Shown: in pieces, positions 7,476 to 9,757 of the stretch
Numbering within the stretch: the stretch's first letter is position 1
Layout: every line of letters begins with the position of its first letter
Origin: Octopus sinensis
Taxonomy: Eukaryota
Length of the DNA: 9,757 nt
NCBI RefSeq assembly: GCF_006345805.1
Contig: NW_021827705.1
Location: 1 to 9,757, forward strand
Direction of reading: 5' to 3'
Made by a program: the position numbers and the translations under genes
The notes under the pieces: generated by a model
Told to the model about the DNA's origin: nothing
What the model saw: the letters and a program-made list of their open reading frames with translations, nothing else
Database searches by the model: none

Positions 7476-7841
7476 ATTCTTTCATTCTTTTATTCTTTAA
7501 CTTGTTTCAGCCATTTTGACTGCGGCCATGCTCGAGCACCGCCTTTTAGTCGAACGAATCGACCTCAGGACTTATTCTTTGTAAGCCTAGTACATATTCT
7601 ACCGGTCACTTTTGCTGAACCGCTAAGTTACGGGGACGCAAACACACCAATATCGGTTGTCAATAGATGGTGGAGGGGACTAACAGACACACAAATACAC
7701 ACACTCATATATACATATATATACGACGGGCTTCTTTCAGTTTCCATTTACCAAATCCACTCACAAGGCTTTGGTCGGCCCGAGACTATACTAGAAGACA
7801 CTTGCCCAAAATGCAATCTCCTTACCAAACAGCCACTCATG
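7476..7841 (-). mobile_element. Family B SINE, near full length, with internal microsatellite and 41-nt deletion of the B-box
   Basis: The head CATGAGTGGCTGTTTGGTAAGG is at 7841. It continues TTGGGCAAGTGTCTTCTAG...GGGCCGACCAAAGCCTTGTGAGTGGATTTGGTAAATGGAAACTGAAAGAAGCCCGTCG, then a (TA)/(TG) tract at about 7685-7723, a 3' domain homologous to 6431-6612, and a tail of short (AAAGAATR) repeats at 7476-7498. Confidence 0.88.
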
Positions 7842-7890
7842 TTATGTCTACCTATTGTGTTTGCATTTTATTGAGGGTTTCACTGGGACA

Positions 7891-8171
7891 GAGGTCACGC
7901 GGTTAAATGGCTAGGGTATTCGGCTCGCGATTGTGAGGCCATGTGTTCGATTCCAGGTGATGCGTTGCGCCTTGAGCAAGACACTTTATTTCTCATAGCT
8001 CCAGTTCACTCAGCTAGCGAGAATGAGTTGTATCTGTAATTCAAAGGGGCCACATTGTGTCACATTGTGTCACGCAAGTCTGTGGAGTACTCAACACGTT
8101 CATTTCATGAGCAGGCTGTTCTGTCGATCGGATCCACTGCAACACTCCTCGTCGTAAACGACAGAGTACCA
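7891..8171 (+). mobile_element. tRNA-derived SINE, family C (CORE-like CCTTGAGCAAG motif)
   Basis: It has an A-box-like CGGTTAAATGG (7900-7910) and a B-box GTTCGATTCC (7945-7954). These are followed by CCTTGAGCAAGACACTTTA and a 3' domain ending CGTCGTAAACGACAGAGTACCA. There is an internal 10-bp tandem duplication CACATTGTGT x2 (8051-8070). With only one copy in the window, the 3' boundary rests on recollection of the family. Confidence 0.78.
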
Positions 8172-8276
8172 GTCATGTATGTATGCGTCTCTGTGTATCT
8201 GAGTGTGTAGGAGTTCCTGGATGTATATTTTTTATACGAGAGCGCTGGGCGTGTGCTTCACTATGTTACGAAATGA

Positions 8277-8287
8277 AAGTGTGTGTG

Positions 8288-8341
<54 letters not shown>
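8277..8341. repeat. (GT)n microsatellite
   Basis: Directly visible. Confidence 0.97.
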
Positions 8342-8343
<2 letters not shown>

Positions 8344-8691
8344 ATGTATGTGCAGCACAGCACGATAAACACACGGAGAACACAAAGTCGGAAACAGACA
8401 GACAGACTCACTTCACCGACAGACAGGCAAACAGACTTTGACAGAGAGAAAAAGGGTGGTAGGAGTAAGAGGTATGTCCATTGTTGGTAGTGACGGGGAG
8501 CTAGAGGTTGTTAGAAATAAGGTTTAGGGCTATGAATATTAATCAGCTGTGCACACACATCAGCGGTAAAGTGGGGCCAGATTGTCAACACAACAAGGGT
8601 TCTTCTGTACGAACAGATAGTCACGTCTTTTGTTCATCTGGCGCATCTGTTGGTGCATTAGTGTTTAAACAGAGCGTTGATAATGAGCCCC

Positions 8692-8704
8692 AACAATAAC
8701 AATT

Positions 8705-8738
<34 letters not shown>

Positions 8739-8741
8739 TGC

Positions 8742-8820
<79 letters not shown>

Positions 8821-8881
8821 GTGGTGATGATGATGGTGATGATGATAATAATAATTATAATAATAATAATTGATGATGAAG

Positions 8882-8919
<38 letters not shown>

Positions 8920-8955
8920 GAGGAGGAGGAGGAGGAGAAAGAGGAGGAGGAAGAA
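8692..8955. repeat. Compound trinucleotide array (GAC)n-(GAT)n-(ATA)n-(AAT)n-(GAG)n
   Basis: Consecutive runs visible; source of the poly-D/M/I/N/E ORF 8677-9414. Confidence 0.95.
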
Positions 8956-9016
8956 GGGGATTCAGCGACGCTCGGAATCCAATTTTGCTTTGTAAATATA
9001 TTTGTTTCTGATAACG

Positions 9017-9325
9017 TATGTATGTATGTATGTATGTATGTATGTATGTATGTATGTATGTATGTATGTATATATGTATCTATGCATGTATGTATTTATG
9101 TATGTATGTATGTATGTATGTATGTATTTATGTATTATGTATGTATGTATGTATGTATGTATTTATGTATGTATGTATGTATTTATGTATCTATGTATGT
9201 ATGTATTTATGTATATATGTATGTATGTATTTATGTATGTATTTATGTATGTATGCATGTATGTATGTATTTATGTATTATGTATGCATGTATGTATGTA
9301 CGTATGTATGCATGTATGTATGTAC
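9017..9325. repeat. (TATG)n tetranucleotide array with TATT/TATC/CATG/CGTA variants
   Basis: About 310 bp of tandem TATG with scattered variant units. Confidence 0.97.
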
Positions 9326-9329
9326 GTTC

Positions 9330-9757
9330 CTTCTTGTTAGTATATAATTATTTGGTAGAAATCTCGTATTATATATTTCTGTTTAAAGTGTTAATTCTTG
9401 TTTTATCGTTGTGAGTGTTGACACATCTTTTTGTTTTATTTTATTCTATATTTAGTTTTGTTCTGACGTGTTTTATTTTCATATTATTATTATTTTGCAG
9501 TCTTTTTGCAATTTGCCATCAATAACTTTATTAATTTTGGTTTTCAAGTGTTAATTTCTGTGTTGGTTGTTAATGTTTGTTGTTGTTCTTGAATTATATT
9601 AATGCTTGCAATGGTTTGTCTGTTCTGAGGTGATAATATTTGTTTTCTCAATTTGCTAATGTTTGTTTTGAGCTGTTAACGTGCATTTTGACATATTAAT
9701 GCTTGTTTTGTTGATATTAATTATCATTTATCGTTAATCTTTTATTTGTTTCTGTCA
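9330..9757. other. T-rich low-complexity region with degenerate GTTAAT/TTAATG motifs
   Basis: Strong T bias on the + strand; ATATTAATGCTTG occurs at 9596-9608 and 9693-9705. Confidence 0.6.

Noticed and set aside
8508-8699. 63-aa ORF in a unique island
   Set aside because: It has a non-ATG start, no similarity I can recognise and no clear splice signals.
8677-9414. 245-aa ORF with poly-D/M/I/N/E and CMYV repeats, plus overlapping 9002 and 9018 ORFs
   Set aside because: These are pure tri- and tetranucleotide repeats lacking stops in several frames, including a frame change from poly-D to poly-M; this is an artefact.

Overview
Eukaryotic, microsatellite-saturated, essentially non-coding DNA (intron or intergenic). 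The very high simple-repeat density and the tRNA-derived SINE families match my recollection of octopus (coleoid cephalopod) repeats; this taxon call is inference, not a database result. Contents: (i) six SINE copies or fragments from three families. Family A: 968-1184 (+), 1354-1568 (-) and a degenerate head at 6144-6237 (+). Family B: 1-128, 6431-6612 and 7476-7841, all (-). Family C adds a seventh copy at 7891-8171 (+). (ii) A non-autonomous hAT-type element at 6939-7402 with a perfect 8-bp TSD, two right ends and about 110 bp of enclosed DNA, plus a possible second hAT end near 6822. (iii) Large di-, tri- and tetranucleotide fields. (iv) A few short unique, CpG-containing islands (about 2400-2560, 2960-3140, 3700-3900, 4870-5160) carrying splice-site and promoter-like motifs, which may be small exons of a minus-strand gene. 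Nearly all ORFs in the supplied track are translated microsatellites. No recognisable protein-coding gene, RNA gene, CRISPR array or prokaryotic-type system is supported. The best leads are the composite hAT element, the closely spaced inverted SINE pair (possible dsRNA/ADAR substrate), a core domain shared between SINE families, and the candidate micro-exons.
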